Shown: piece by piece, positions 38,783 through 49,655 of the stretch
How positions within the stretch are numbered: the first letter of the stretch is position 1
How the letters are laid out: every line of letters starts with the position of its first letter
DNA from: Gemmatimonadota bacterium
Lineage (GTDB): Bacteria; Gemmatimonadota; Gemmatimonadetes; Longimicrobiales; Gaopeijiaceae
Direction: 5' to 3'
Assembly (NCBI GenBank): GCA_039589315.1
Contig: JBDHHQ010000025.1
Coordinates: 1 to 61,003, forward strand
DNA length: 61,003 nucleotides
Program-made: the position numbers and the translations under genes
Notes under the pieces: generated by a model
What the model was told of the DNA's origin: nothing
Database searches by the model: none
The model's input: only the letters and a program-made list of their open reading frames with translations

Positions 38783-38984
38783 GTCGGCGGCGGTGCGCCT
38801 CACTTGTTTTTCGCTTGACGGCAAAACCCCTATCTTGGTGTCAGTTGCGACGGTGCGCGCGGGAGTGGACCCGGGTCGACCCTCCCCCGTCGCGCCCCAT
38901 TCGGGTATCTTTTCCGGCTACACACGCGAACGTGGAGCTGGGCTGCGTATCCGAGTAGCACGCCGACTCGAACCCGGGGGCTGA

Positions 38985-40163
38985 ATGCACCTGTTCGACA
39001 AGTGTCGCGCCTTCACGCGCCACAACGAGGTAAAGGCCGAAGGCCTGTACCCCTACTTCCTGCCGGTGAGCGGATCGACGGACACGGAAGTCGTCATCAA
39101 CGGCAAGAAGAAGATCATGATCGGCTCCAACAACTACCTGGGGCTGACCCATCACCCCCACGTGGTCGAGTCGGCCAAGCGGGCGACCGACCGGTATGGC
39201 AGCGGCTGCACCGGCAGCCGCTTCCTGAACGGTAACCTGGATCTGCACCTGGAGCTGGAGGAGCGGCTGGCCCGCTTCATCGGCACCGAAGCGGCCCTGG
39301 TCTTCAGCACCGGCTACCAGACCAACCTGGGCGTGATCAGCACCCTGGTGGGCCGGCAGGACACCGTCTACCTGGACAAGCTCAACCACGCGTGCATCGT
39401 CGACGGCGCCCGGCTTTCCTTCGGCACCGTGCAGCGCTTCAACCACAACGACCTCGACGCCCTCGAGGCCATGCTCCGCTCACAAGAGAGCGGCGGCGCC
39501 ATGGTCATCGTCGACGGGGTGTTCAGCATGGAGGGCGAGATCGCCGACGTGCCGCGCCTGGTTGCGCTCCGGGAGGAGTTCGACTTTGCCCTGGCCCTGG
39601 ACGACGCCCACTCCATCGGTGTGCTGGGCCACACCGGTGCGGGCACGGCCGAGCACTTCGGGTTGACCCACAAGGTCGATCTGACGATCGGGACGTTCAG
39701 CAAGTCCTTCGCGTCCATCGGCGGCTTCGTGGCCGGACCCCGCACGGTGATCGACTACCTCCAGCACCACGCGCGGAGCCTGATCTTCTCGGCCAGCATG
39801 CCGCCCTCGGCGGTCGCCACGGTTCTGGCGGCGATGGACGTGATGGAGGCGGAGCCGGAGCGCCGTGACCGCCTCTGGGCGATCACCAAGCGGATGATCG
39901 AAGGCTTCCACGACATGGGCTTCGAGACAGGCAAGACGGAGACGCCCATCGTTCCGGTCATGATCGGCCCCATGGAGGAGGCCTTCCTGATGTGGAAGGA
40001 GCTCTTCGAGCGGGGGATCTACACGAACGCCGTCCTGCCGCCGGCCGTGCCGGAGGGGAGCTGCCGGCTCCGGACGAGCTACATCGCCACCCACACCGAC
40101 GACCAGCTCGACTACGTGCTCGAGCAGTTCGCCGAGGTGGGCAAGAAGCTGGCGTTGGTCTAG
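38985..40163 (+). CDS. spt: Serine palmitoyltransferase (AOS family, PLP)
   Basis: GLYPYF, GSNNYLGL, GCTGSRFLNG, NHACI, DDAH, GTFSKSF (SPT-type PLP-Lys motif); clustered with ceramide-synthesis-like genes. Confidence 0.8.
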   Translation: MHLFDKCRAFTRHNEVKAEGLYPYFLPVSGSTDTEVVINGKKKIMIGSNNYLGLTHHPHVVESAKRATDRYGSGCTGSRFLNGNLDLHLELEERLARFIGTEAALVFSTGYQTNLGVISTLVGRQDTVYLDKLNHACIVDGARLSFGTVQRFNHNDLDALEAMLRSQESGGAMVIVDGVFSMEGEIADVPRLVALREEFDFALALDDAHSIGVLGHTGAGTAEHFGLTHKVDLTIGTFSKSFASIGGFVAGPRTVIDYLQHHARSLIFSASMPPSAVATVLAAMDVMEAEPERRDRLWAITKRMIEGFHDMGFETGKTETPIVPVMIGPMEEAFLMWKELFERGIYTNAVLPPAVPEGSCRLRTSYIATHTDDQLDYVLEQFAEVGKKLALV

Positions 40164-40203
40164 GCCTGGTCGCTCTCCGCCAGCCTATGCGCCACCCGTC
40201 CCC

Positions 40204-41346
40204 GTGAGCGTCGACGTCCGGCCGGTCCGCACGTCCCGCGACCGGAAGCTGTTTCTCCACTTCCCCTGGCGCATCTACCCGGGGCGTTACCCGGCCTGGG
40301 TCCCACCTCTCCTGATGGAGGAGAAGAAGCGGCTGAGCCGGAAGGCGAATCCCTTCTTCGAGCACGGCGACGTGGAGCTGATCGTCGCGTACCGGAACGG
40401 TGAGCCCGTAGGCCGCATCGCGGCGGTGGAGAACCGGCTCCACAACCGGGTACACGAAGACCGACTCGGCTTCTTCGGTCAGTTCGAGTGCGTGGAGGAC
40501 AGCGACGTCGCTACCGCACTCCTGGAGGCGGCAGCCGAGTGGGTCACCGCCCGTGGGCTCGACGGCATCCGGGGTCCCGTGAACTTCTCCATGAACGAGG
40601 AGTGCGGGCTGCTCATGGACGCCTACGACGACCCGCCCACCATCCTCATGACCTACAACCCTCCGTATTACAAGGACCTGCTGGAGGGGTGGGGGATGAC
40701 CAAGGCTAAGGATCTCCTGGCGTGGCTGGCAGATGAGGAGACCTTCGACGCGGACCGGTTCAGCCGACTCGAGAAGCGGGTCGTGCGGTCCGACCGGGAC
40801 CTCCGCATCCGGTCGCTGGACATGAAGAACTTCCATCGCGAGGTGGAGCTCGTCCGCGACCTGTACAACGAGGGGTGGGAGAAGAACTGGGGCTTCGTGC
40901 CCATGACGGACGCTGAGGTCAGCCACATGGCCAAGGGCCTGAAGCCCGTCGTGGACCCCGACCTGGTTCTCATCGGCGAGATCGACGGAGAGCCCGCAGG
41001 GTTCGCCCTGTCGCTCCCCGACATCAACCAGGCCATCGCCGGGATCAACGGGCGCCTCTTGCCGTTCGGACTCCTCAGGATGCTTCGGGGAATGAAGAAG
41101 ATCGACCGCATCCGCATCCTCACGCTGGGGGTGTTGCCGGAGCACAGGCGGTCCGGACTGGATGTCCTCTTGTACTACGAGACGTTCAAGCGCGGGACGG
41201 ACAAGGGGTATTCCGGAGAGAGCTCGTGGATCCTCGAGGACAACACGCTCATGAACCGGGCCCTCGAGAAGATGGGCTTCAAGCTCTACAAGACCTACCG
41301 CCTGTACGAGAAGGCCCTGCCCCGTCCGGGTTCCGTCCCCGAGTGA
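40204..41346 (+). CDS. GNAT-fold protein, bacterial ceramide synthase (bCerS/YghO-like)
   Basis: GRIAA, GFFGQFEC, GPVNFSMNEECGLL, YNPPYY, NWGFVP, SWILEDN, YKTYRLY; directly after spt. Confidence 0.75.
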   Translation: MSVDVRPVRTSRDRKLFLHFPWRIYPGRYPAWVPPLLMEEKKRLSRKANPFFEHGDVELIVAYRNGEPVGRIAAVENRLHNRVHEDRLGFFGQFECVEDSDVATALLEAAAEWVTARGLDGIRGPVNFSMNEECGLLMDAYDDPPTILMTYNPPYYKDLLEGWGMTKAKDLLAWLADEETFDADRFSRLEKRVVRSDRDLRIRSLDMKNFHREVELVRDLYNEGWEKNWGFVPMTDAEVSHMAKGLKPVVDPDLVLIGEIDGEPAGFALSLPDINQAIAGINGRLLPFGLLRMLRGMKKIDRIRILTLGVLPEHRRSGLDVLLYYETFKRGTDKGYSGESSWILEDNTLMNRALEKMGFKLYKTYRLYEKALPRPGSVPE

Positions 41347-41368
41347 GCGGCGTCCCGGCATCTCGCTG

Positions 41369-42448
41369 ATGGCCATGTCCGACCCCTCCCGACCGACGCG
41401 GCCGGATGCGCCGCGGCCCTCAGACCGGGGCGGACCCCGGCCTGACCCGTCCGATTCGCTTCGACGCGCCGAGCCCGATGCGCAGCGCGCCCTGGTCACC
41501 GGCGGCACGGGCTTCGTCGGGAGCCACCTCGTCGACGAGCTGCTCGACGCTGGATACCGCGTCCGGTGCGTCGTCCGCGCGACCAGCGACCTTCGCTGGT
41601 TGGAGGGGAAGCCCGTCGAGCTGGTCGAGGCAGACCTTGCCGAGGGCGACCTGGAGGCGGTCGTCGCCGGCGTCGACGTGACCTTCCATGTGGCCGGCCT
41701 GACGCGGGGATCCGCCGCCACCCTCGAGCGGGCCAACGTGGTGGCCACACGCCGCCTGGTGGAAGCGCTCGTGGTCACCGGTGACCGCCATCGCCTCGTC
41801 TTCTGCAGCAGCGGCGCCGCCGCCGGCCCCGCTGCGCTCCACCGTCCCCGGGTACTCGAGGACGAGCCGGCGCCGACCAGCGACTACGGGCGGAGCAAGC
41901 TGGCCGCCGAGACCATCCTGTTCGAGGCGGGCGAACGGCTCCGTACGACGATTCTGCGGCCGTTGGCCGTCTACGGGCCTCGTGATCAGGACACGCTCCC
42001 GGTCTTCCAGATGGCCGCGCGTGGCATCGCTCTGATCCCCGGCCTGCGTCGTCGGAGGATCCAGCTGGTCCACGGTCGGGACGTGGCGTCGGCCCTGCGC
42101 CTCGCGGCAGAAACACCCCAGGCGGTCGGACGGACGTTCTTCGTAGGTCACCCCGAGCTGCCCCTCTGGCCCGAGGTGATCGCCGCGCTGCGAGAGGCGA
42201 TGGGCCGGCGGGTGCTGGCTCTGCCGCTGCCGTCGCCCGCCGTCCTGGCCGCCGGTGTCGTGTCAGGGCTCTTCGCAGGCGGCAGGCCGGGGCAGCTGGA
42301 TCTGCGGCGGGCGCGGGACATGGTGGAGCGGGCGTGGACGGCCGACGTGTCCGAAACGGTGCGAGTACTTCGCTGGTCTCCGGTGTACGACGTCCGATTC
42401 GGTTTTCGCCACACCGTTCGCTGGTACCTCGAAAAGGGGTGGCTGTGA
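41369..42448 (+). CDS. NAD-dependent epimerase/dehydratase (extended SDR), candidate ceramide reductase
   Basis: VTGGTGFVG, HVAG, CSS, YGRSK, RP.AVYGP; operon position. Confidence 0.8.
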   Translation: MAMSDPSRPTRPDAPRPSDRGGPRPDPSDSLRRAEPDAQRALVTGGTGFVGSHLVDELLDAGYRVRCVVRATSDLRWLEGKPVELVEADLAEGDLEAVVAGVDVTFHVAGLTRGSAATLERANVVATRRLVEALVVTGDRHRLVFCSSGAAAGPAALHRPRVLEDEPAPTSDYGRSKLAAETILFEAGERLRTTILRPLAVYGPRDQDTLPVFQMAARGIALIPGLRRRRIQLVHGRDVASALRLAAETPQAVGRTFFVGHPELPLWPEVIAALREAMGRRVLALPLPSPAVLAAGVVSGLFAGGRPGQLDLRRARDMVERAWTADVSETVRVLRWSPVYDVRFGFRHTVRWYLEKGWL

Positions 42449-43395
42449 CTCTGTATATGCGATGGATGACGTGGTTTCACAGGCGGGTCGGCTGGTTCGC
42501 GGCGCGGTTTCCCGAGGCCGGTCCCGCCGACGTCGTCTTGATGGCCTACGTGGCCCTCACCGGCTTGATCATCCTGTTCATGGGTTGGAGGCTCGACTCG
42601 CCCGGCCTGTGGGCGATGCTGGTCATTGCCCACGCAGCGATCCTCGTCATCACATGGCTCGTGACCCGGCTGTCCCGGCCCGACCCAGGGCTCCTGGGAT
42701 TCGCCCGGGACCTCTACCCGCTCCTCTACATCGTCTTTCTGTATTGGGAGCTCCGCTACCTGGCGCTGTTCTTCTCGGTCGGCTACAACGACGCCCTGAT
42801 CCTCGCCGCCGAGGAGCTCCTCTTCAGGGAGCAGCTGGCCATGACGCTGAGTCAGCGGTTTCCCCAGATGTGGATCAGCGAGGCCCTCCACTTCTTCTAC
42901 GCGTTCTACTGGGTCATCGTCCCCCTGGCGGGCGGTGCCATGTACCTGCGAGGCAAGGTGGAGGGCTTCCGGGAGCTGGTCTTCTCGCTGGTCGCGGTGT
43001 TCTTCACCTGCTACCTGTTCTTCATCTTCTTCCCCGTCCAGGGCCCCCACTACGAGTTTCCGCCCATCGGCGAGCCCTGGTCCAACGGGTTCTTCTACCA
43101 GATGGTCCACGCGGTCCTGGAGGACGGGGGAAGCAAGGGCGCCGCGTTCCCGAGCTCCCACGTGGCCGTCGCGTGCACGATTCTGCCGGTGGCGTGGCGC
43201 CATGACCGCCCTGTGTTCTGGGCGTTTCTGATTCCAGTTGTGGGGCTGACGATCAGCACCGTCTACGGCCGCTTCCACTACGGCGTGGATGCGCTGGCGG
43301 GGGTCCTGCTCGTCGTAGTCCTCTTCCCGCTGATCATGAAGCTCTACACGAGGCTGACGTGGTACACGGCGGGGGAGCCCGTGCGGGCGGACTAG
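42445..43395 (+). CDS. PAP2-superfamily membrane enzyme, Aur1/IPC-synthase-like
   Basis: About 8 TM segments; FFPVQGPHY, GAAFPSSHVA, GRFHYGVD; GTGA overlap with the SDR gene. Confidence 0.8.
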   Translation: MTLYMRWMTWFHRRVGWFAARFPEAGPADVVLMAYVALTGLIILFMGWRLDSPGLWAMLVIAHAAILVITWLVTRLSRPDPGLLGFARDLYPLLYIVFLYWELRYLALFFSVGYNDALILAAEELLFREQLAMTLSQRFPQMWISEALHFFYAFYWVIVPLAGGAMYLRGKVEGFRELVFSLVAVFFTCYLFFIFFPVQGPHYEFPPIGEPWSNGFFYQMVHAVLEDGGSKGAAFPSSHVAVACTILPVAWRHDRPVFWAFLIPVVGLTISTVYGRFHYGVDALAGVLLVVVLFPLIMKLYTRLTWYTAGEPVRAD

Positions 43396-43521
43396 GACCT
43401 TCAGAACGCGGCACGTACGGATCGAATCGCTTCGCGGTGATCGCCCTTGCCTGCCCTCCGGACGATCCGGATCTTCAATCCGGCCACTCATCTACAGGCC
43501 GATCCCGACACGGAGGCCGTC

Positions 43522-44304
43522 CTGAACCAGAGCCGCACCTTCTCCACGGGCCGCGCTGTGGTGACAACGCTGCTCGCCAGCGTGCTGGCACTCGCCTGCG
43601 GGGGCGGCGCGGCCGACTCGATCCCGGACGACTCCGGCAGCGAGGCCGGATCGGGCCACCTCCCCTCGACCGACGCGGCATCAGCCACCGACTTCCGCGT
43701 CCTCTTCGACGGGACCTCCCTGGAGGCTTGGCGGGGCTACCGCTCCGAAACCGTGCCCTCGGGCTGGTCCATCGACGGGGAGCACGACCTGGCCTTCGAG
43801 CCTGTCGAGGGAGGCCGGGGCGACCTGATCACGGTGGACCAGTTCACCAGCTTCGAGCTGGTCCTCGAGTGGCGGGTCGCGGAAGGCGGCAACAGCGGCA
43901 TCTTCTTCCACGTGACCGAGGACCACGACTGGCCCTGGGAGTCGGGCCCCGAGATGCAGGTCCTGGACGACGCGCGGCACGCGGACGGCCAGAGCCCGCT
44001 GACGAGCGCCGGCTCGAACTACGCGCTGCACGCCCCGTCAGTCGATGTCGTCAACCCGGCAGGTGAGTGGAACGAGGTGCGGCTGATCGTGGACGGTGCC
44101 GGCGTAGAGCATTGGCTCAATGGCGTGAAGATCGTCGAATACACCCTGGGGTCTCCGGAGTGGAATGCGCTGGTGGGCGCCAGCAAGTTCGCGAGCATGC
44201 CGGCGTACGGCGGTGCGCGACGGGGTCACATCGCGCTGCAGGATCACGGCGACCGTGTCTGGTACCGCGACATCCGCATCCGCGAGATCGGTGGTGGCCG
44301 ATGA
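43522..44304 (+). CDS. DUF1080 (3-keto-disaccharide hydrolase/lyase-like) lipoprotein
   Basis: LALAC lipobox; LFDGTSL..W, GNSGIFF, GPEMQVLD, GEWN, HIALQDHG..VWYRDIRI. Start uncertain (CTG after GGAGG, or GTG 43558). Confidence 0.9.
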   Translation: MNQSRTFSTGRAVVTTLLASVLALACGGGAADSIPDDSGSEAGSGHLPSTDAASATDFRVLFDGTSLEAWRGYRSETVPSGWSIDGEHDLAFEPVEGGRGDLITVDQFTSFELVLEWRVAEGGNSGIFFHVTEDHDWPWESGPEMQVLDDARHADGQSPLTSAGSNYALHAPSVDVVNPAGEWNEVRLIVDGAGVEHWLNGVKIVEYTLGSPEWNALVGASKFASMPAYGGARRGHIALQDHGDRVWYRDIRIREIGGGR

Positions 44305-45782
44305 CGACCGCGAGCGAAGTGAGACCCCGCAAGCTCTTCGTGGCCAGCTGCGTCGCCCTGGTCGCCACCTCCGTGACCTTCGCGGTGGTCGGCGCCGTGA
44401 TGCTCACGCTGAAGCGAGAGTTCGTGCTCTCCAACCTGCAGATCGGGTGGATCGGCGGCGCGGCCCTATGGGGGTTCGCGGTCTCGCAGCTGGTCTTCGC
44501 ACCGCTATGCGACACATTGGGGATGCGCCGACTCCTGCGGCTCGCGTTCGCGAGCCACCTGGTGGGAGCCCTGACCATGATCTTCGCCGGCGGATTCGCG
44601 ACGCTCTTCGCGGGCGCGTTGATCCTGTCCATGGGGAACGGTCTCGTCGAGGCGGCGTGCAATCCGCTGGTGGCGGCCCTCTACCCGGACGACAAGACGG
44701 TCAAGCTGAACCAGTTTCACGTATGGTTCCCCGGGGGAATCGTGATCGGCTCGGTGGCCGCCTTCGCCCTGGACGCCGTGGGGCTGGGATCCTGGCAGCT
44801 CAAGCTCGCCTTGATCCTCATCCCGACGATCCTCTATGGCCACATGATGCTGCGCGAGACCTTCCCGCCTACCGAAGGCGTGCAGGCCGGGGTGAGCATG
44901 GGCGAGATGTTCCGGGCCACGTTCACGACCCCCCTCATGCTGCTCATGCTCCTCTCCATGGCCATCACCGCCTCCACCGAGCTGGGCCCCAACCGCTGGG
45001 TGCCCGCCGTCCTGGAGGCTGGGGGGATCCCGGGCATCCTGGTGCTGGCGTGGATCAACGGGCTCATGGCTGTCCTCCGCTACAAGGCCGGACCGGTCGT
45101 GCATCGCCTGTCGCCCACCGGGCTGCTGCTCGGATGCGCCCTGGTGTCGATCGTGGGACTGGCGTGGCTCAGCTACGCCGAGACCACGCCCATGGCGTTC
45201 CTCTCGGCCACGGTCTTCGCCGTGGGGATCTGCTATTTCTGGCCCACGATGCTGGGCTTCGTCTCCGAGCGAATCCCCAGGAGCGGCGCGCTGGGACTGG
45301 GCCTCATGGGCGCAGTGGGGATGGCGGTCGTGGGCCTGGTCACCGCCCCCCAGATGGGACGCATCGCCGACCAGGCGGGACACGAGCGGATCCCGGTGGA
45401 CGAGACCGTGGCGCTCTTCACCGAAGTGGTAGGCACCTACCCGGCCTTGGCCGAAGCGGCACCGGCCGAGACGGGGCTGGACATGAGGAACGCCACCGAA
45501 GCGGTGGCAGGCGTGCTCGACGCGTACGCGTCCGCCGGTGCGCTCCCGCCCGTGACCACCGCAAATGCGCTCCGCGCCGTGACCGATGCGGGCGAGGCGA
45601 GCACCAGCGGACGCGCGGCGGCCATCCTGGGGCCGGCCGACAACTACGGCGGCCGGGTGTCGTTCCGCGCGATCCTGCCGTTCACGGCGATTCTCGTGCT
45701 GGTGTTCGGGCTGCTGTACTTGAGCGACCGCCGGGCAGGGGGTTACCGGGCGCGTAAGATCGTCGAGGAGGCGACCATATGA
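44301..45782 (+). CDS. MFS transporter (fucose-permease-like)
   Basis: About 12 TM segments; [29 protein letters not shown] overlap. Confidence 0.88.
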   Translation: MTTASEVRPRKLFVASCVALVATSVTFAVVGAVMLTLKREFVLSNLQIGWIGGAALWGFAVSQLVFAPLCDTLGMRRLLRLAFASHLVGALTMIFAGGFATLFAGALILSMGNGLVEAACNPLVAALYPDDKTVKLNQFHVWFPGGIVIGSVAAFALDAVGLGSWQLKLALILIPTILYGHMMLRETFPPTEGVQAGVSMGEMFRATFTTPLMLLMLLSMAITASTELGPNRWVPAVLEAGGIPGILVLAWINGLMAVLRYKAGPVVHRLSPTGLLLGCALVSIVGLAWLSYAETTPMAFLSATVFAVGICYFWPTMLGFVSERIPRSGALGLGLMGAVGMAVVGLVTAPQMGRIADQAGHERIPVDETVALFTEVVGTYPALAEAAPAETGLDMRNATEAVAGVLDAYASAGALPPVTTANALRAVTDAGEASTSGRAAAILGPADNYGGRVSFRAILPFTAILVLVFGLLYLSDRRAGGYRARKIVEEATI

Positions 45783-45876
45783 GGGTAACCGCCGGACCAC
45801 CCCCACCCCCGTCCTCTTCGCCCTGTGCGGGTGTGGCTGGATCGAGGACGCGGTTCTGGCTCCGGCGGTCCCAGTC

Positions 45877-47052
45877 ATGACCGATCCCGTCCGCTTCGGC
45901 ATGGTGGGCGGCGGCCCCGGCGCGTTCATCGGGGACGTCCACCGCATGGCCGCCACGCTGGACGGCGAGCTCGTGCTCGTCGCTGGAGCGTTTTCGTCCG
46001 ACGCCTCCCGTTCGCGGGAGAAGGGCCGCGGGCTGGGCCTGGACCCCCAGCGGGTCTACGGGTCCTGGCGGGAGATGGCCGAGCGGGAATCCGCCCTGCC
46101 GGCCGAGCAGCGCATCGAGGCGGTGGCCATCGTCACGCCCAACCATCTGCACCACCCGGTGGCGAGCGCCTTCCTCGACGCCGGCTTCCACGTGTTCTGC
46201 GACAAGCCCCTGACAAACACCGTGGACGAGGCGGAAGACCTGTGTCGGCGCGTCGCCGACACGGGGCGCGTCTTCGTCCTCACGCACAACTACACCGGCT
46301 ACCCCATGGTCAAGGAGGCGCGCGCGTTGGCCAGAGAGGGCCGGCTCGGCGAGGTCCGGAAGGTCGTCGCCGAGTACCCGCAGGGGTGGCTGACGCTGCC
46401 CCTCGAGGCCGAAGGCCAGAAGCAGGCCGCGTGGCGCACGGATCCCGCGAGAGGAGGCGTGGCGCTGGCTCTGGGCGACATCGGCTCCCACGCCGAGAAC
46501 CTGGCCCGGTACGTCACGGGACTCGAGATCGAGGAGCTGTGCGCCGACCTCACCTCCTTCGTTCCCGGCCGTGTGCTCGAAGACGACGCCAATCTGCTCA
46601 TCCGGTACGCGGGCGGCGCTCGGGGCGTCCTGTACGCCTCCCAGATCTCGGTCGGCGAGGAAAACGGCCTGGCCCTCCGGGTCTACGGCACCGAGGGATC
46701 CATCGCGTGGCGGCAGGAGGCTCCCAACGAGCTCCACGTTCGCAGCCTGGACGGGCCCGAGCAGGTGCTCCGGCGCGGAAACGCCTATCTGTCTGACGCG
46801 GCCCAGGTGGCCACCCGCATTCCGCCGGGGCATCCCGAGGGCTTCATCGAGGCGTTCGCCAACCTCTACCGGGCCGGGGCAGCAGCGATTCGCGACGCGG
46901 ACGCAGAGGAGCGCGAGGCGCTGGACTTCCCTACGGTGTGGGACGGAGCCCGGGGCGTGCACTTCATCCACAAGGCGGTGGAGAGCGCCCGGGCGAATGG
47001 GTGGGTCGGAGCGAGCTACACGCCGCCGCATGAGCCGCCCGGGGACGCCTAG
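45877..47052 (+). CDS. Gfo/Idh/MocA family NAD oxidoreductase
   Basis: GMVGGG.GAFIG..H, TPNHLH, CDKP, GDIGSH, GHPEGF. Confidence 0.93.
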   Translation: MTDPVRFGMVGGGPGAFIGDVHRMAATLDGELVLVAGAFSSDASRSREKGRGLGLDPQRVYGSWREMAERESALPAEQRIEAVAIVTPNHLHHPVASAFLDAGFHVFCDKPLTNTVDEAEDLCRRVADTGRVFVLTHNYTGYPMVKEARALAREGRLGEVRKVVAEYPQGWLTLPLEAEGQKQAAWRTDPARGGVALALGDIGSHAENLARYVTGLEIEELCADLTSFVPGRVLEDDANLLIRYAGGARGVLYASQISVGEENGLALRVYGTEGSIAWRQEAPNELHVRSLDGPEQVLRRGNAYLSDAAQVATRIPPGHPEGFIEAFANLYRAGAAAIRDADAEEREALDFPTVWDGARGVHFIHKAVESARANGWVGASYTPPHEPPGDA

Positions 47053-47196
47053 CGCGAAGGCTGTTCGCCAACGCCCCACATAGGCCGATCCCCAGGAACG
47101 ATCCGGGCAAAGGGGCTGGCTGGGCGCCGCTGAGACTCTTGCGCCAGGCCACGAGACGCTTGCGGCCGGTACCTCGGCGAGCCGATACTCCTGTCC

Positions 47197-49532
47197 ATGT
47201 CGTCCCCCGACCTCTGGACCCGGCTGCGGCAGGCCCGCATCGTCCGGGTCCTCGCTTTCTACTTCGGTGCCTCCTGGATCGTCCTGCAGGTCGTGGACGT
47301 GTTGCAGGAGGCGTTCGCCCTCCCCGAGTGGGTGGCCCCGACTTCGGTGATCCTGCTCATGGTGGGCGGTGTGGTCATGGTTGCCACCGCTCTCGTGCAG
47401 GGATCTCCGACGACCGACGCCAAGGAGGAGGCGGGCGAGGTGCCCGGCTCCTGGGAGCTGGCCCCGAAGCAGCTGGGCCGCAGCCTGGCCCAGGGGAGGC
47501 TGCCCCACCTGACGTGGGGCCGCTCGCTCCTTGGCGGCATCATGGCGTTCTGGTTCCTCTTCGGCCTGGCGGGTCTGTACGTGATCGTCCGGGACCGGGG
47601 GGAGTCGTTCGCTCCCGTCGAGGCGATCGCCGACGAAGCGGGCACCGGGATCGCTGTCATGCCCTTCCGAGTGCAGGGCACCGCCGACCTGGAGCTCTGG
47701 CGCGAGGGCATGGTCGACCTCTTCTCCACCAATCTGGACGGCGTCGGCGGGTTCCGTACCATCGACAGCCGCACGGTTCTGGCGCGGTGGGGCGAGGGCG
47801 TCGCGGACGAAGCCGCCCCGGACCTTGCGACCATCCTCGGCGTGGCGTCGGCCGCGGGCGCGGGTTACGCCATGGTGGGCTCCGCCGTGGGCCTGGGGAA
47901 CAACGTGCGGCTCAGCGCCGATATCTACGAAGTCGCAACCGGCACGGAGGTGGGCCAGGCCCAGGTGGAGGGCTCGGTCGACGAGGTGCTGACGCTCGTG
48001 GACCAGCTCTCCGTGGACGTCATGCGGGCCCTCCTGGAAGGGGCGGGCGCCGAGCTACCCCCCATTCAGCACACCGCCAGCATCACGACGTCGTCCTTGC
48101 CGGCGCTTCGGGCATATCTCGAGAGCGAAGCCCACTACCGCGCCGCCGACTTCACCAGCGCCATCGAAGCGCTGGAGCGTGCGGTCCAGGCCGACTCCAT
48201 GTTCGCCCTGGCCTACTACCGGCTCTCCGATGCCTACGGCTGGGTGGAGAACATCAGCAGCGAGCAGGGCGAGGTCTACATGCGGCGGGCCCGGGAGCTC
48301 TCGGACCGCCTCCCCCCGCGCTACGCCGCTCTGCTGAACGGAGCCGTGGGCCTCCTGGATGGCGACCTGAGCGTCGCGCCGGACCTGGAAGAGGCGGTAC
48401 GCCGTTACCCGGACGACCCCGAGATGTGGTTCCTGCTGGGCGAGCTCTACCTGCACTACGCGGGGCCGAGCCTCAAGGGGATCGACGAAGTGTACCGGGT
48501 CTTCGACCGGGCCATTCAGCTCGATCCCACGTTCGCGCCCTACTACATCCACTTGATCGAGATGGAGATCAAGAAGGGGGATGGGCCACGCGCCACGGAG
48601 CGACTCGAGCGCCTGGAAGGCATGAGCGACGACCCGGAGGGACGTGCCTACCTCTCGCTGGGACGGGATCTCGCCTTCGGCGATTCGGCCGAGGTGGTTG
48701 CCGCGCAGGCGGCCATCGACACCACGGGCTCGGTAGTGGCGCTCTGGGCCCAGCTCGGCGTCAACGGGATCGGGACCGCCAACATGGAGCGGGTGGCCCA
48801 TGCTGCGGAGGCCCGAAACCCTGGCCCCGGCTCCCGGACCTTTACCGCCTGGGCGTACCTCATGAACGGCAAGATCCGCCAGGCCGAAGAGGTACTCGCC
48901 GACGAGATCATGCCCCCGGGAGCGCGTGCGTTTCGCGCCTACATCATGCGACGGATGATCGGCGCCCTCGACGATGAGACGCTGGACCGATACCTGGCAC
49001 CGGAGTCGTGCGGTCTCGAGCACCCTTCGCTCGAATGTGCCTGGGCGGTGGCGTCCCACGCGGCCGAGCAAGGAAGGTGGGCCGTTCACGCCGACTTCCT
49101 CGAGCGCCACCGCACGATGCAGGGGGAGATGCTCGCAGAAGGCGACTCGGCCCACGCCCGAGCTCACGGGAACGCCGCCGTGACTCTGGAGGCGCGCGCG
49201 CTCTGGCTCAACGGACGGCGGCAAGAGGCCATCCGAGCTCTCGAGGCCGTCCAGGGAGATGGCGCCGGCAACGACGCGGTGGTCCGATTCATGCTGGGGA
49301 ACATGCACGAAGAGCTCGGCCAGTCGCGCCAGGCCGTCCGGTACTACGAGTCGTTCTGGAACGACATCAACCGGTGGTGGTTCGCCTTGCGACTGGGCGA
49401 TCTGCCGAGCTCGGCGAGAACGAGCGGGCCCGGGGGTACTACGCCCTCTTCCTCGAGGACTGGGCCAACGCCGACGAGGGCCGGCCCGAGGTCGCCAGGG
49501 CCCGGGCAGCCATCCAACAGCTCGGGGGCTGA
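47197..49532 (+). pseudogene. Membrane-anchored TolB-like/TPR protein with apparent frameshift at about 49403
   Basis: Paralog-type N-terminus (RIVRVLAFY...LQVVD...LPEW), IAVMPF, TPRs. The conserved C-terminus (AELGE...LFLEDWANAD...ARAAI) lies in another frame ending 49532; the uncorrected ORF runs to 49659. Confidence 0.7.
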
Positions 49533-49563
49533 GGCCCCCTCCCCCCGGCCAGACGCCGCGGGG

Positions 49564-49597
49564 CGTCGCGCTGGCGACGCAACGTCGCGCGAGCGAC
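49564..49597. promoter_or_regulatory. Two tandem palindromes GTCGC-N4-GCGAC (candidate operator pair)
   Basis: 49565-49578 GTCGCgctgGCGAC and 49584-49597 GTCGCgcgaGCGAC, 19 bp period, upstream of the cytochrome c gene. Confidence 0.4.
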
Positions 49598-49655
49598 ACG
49601 ATTGGGACGACCAGCGGGGCCCCGACGGACTCCGCGGGACCCACGGAGATCATCC

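Noticed and set aside
38815..38836. TTGACG...TATCTT promoter upstream of spt
   Set aside because: Spacer is only 10 nt, incompatible with sigma70 geometry.
38985..40163. bioF or kbl assignment
   Set aside because: No biotin or tdh genes nearby; the GTFSKS motif and the GNAT/SDR neighbours favour Spt.
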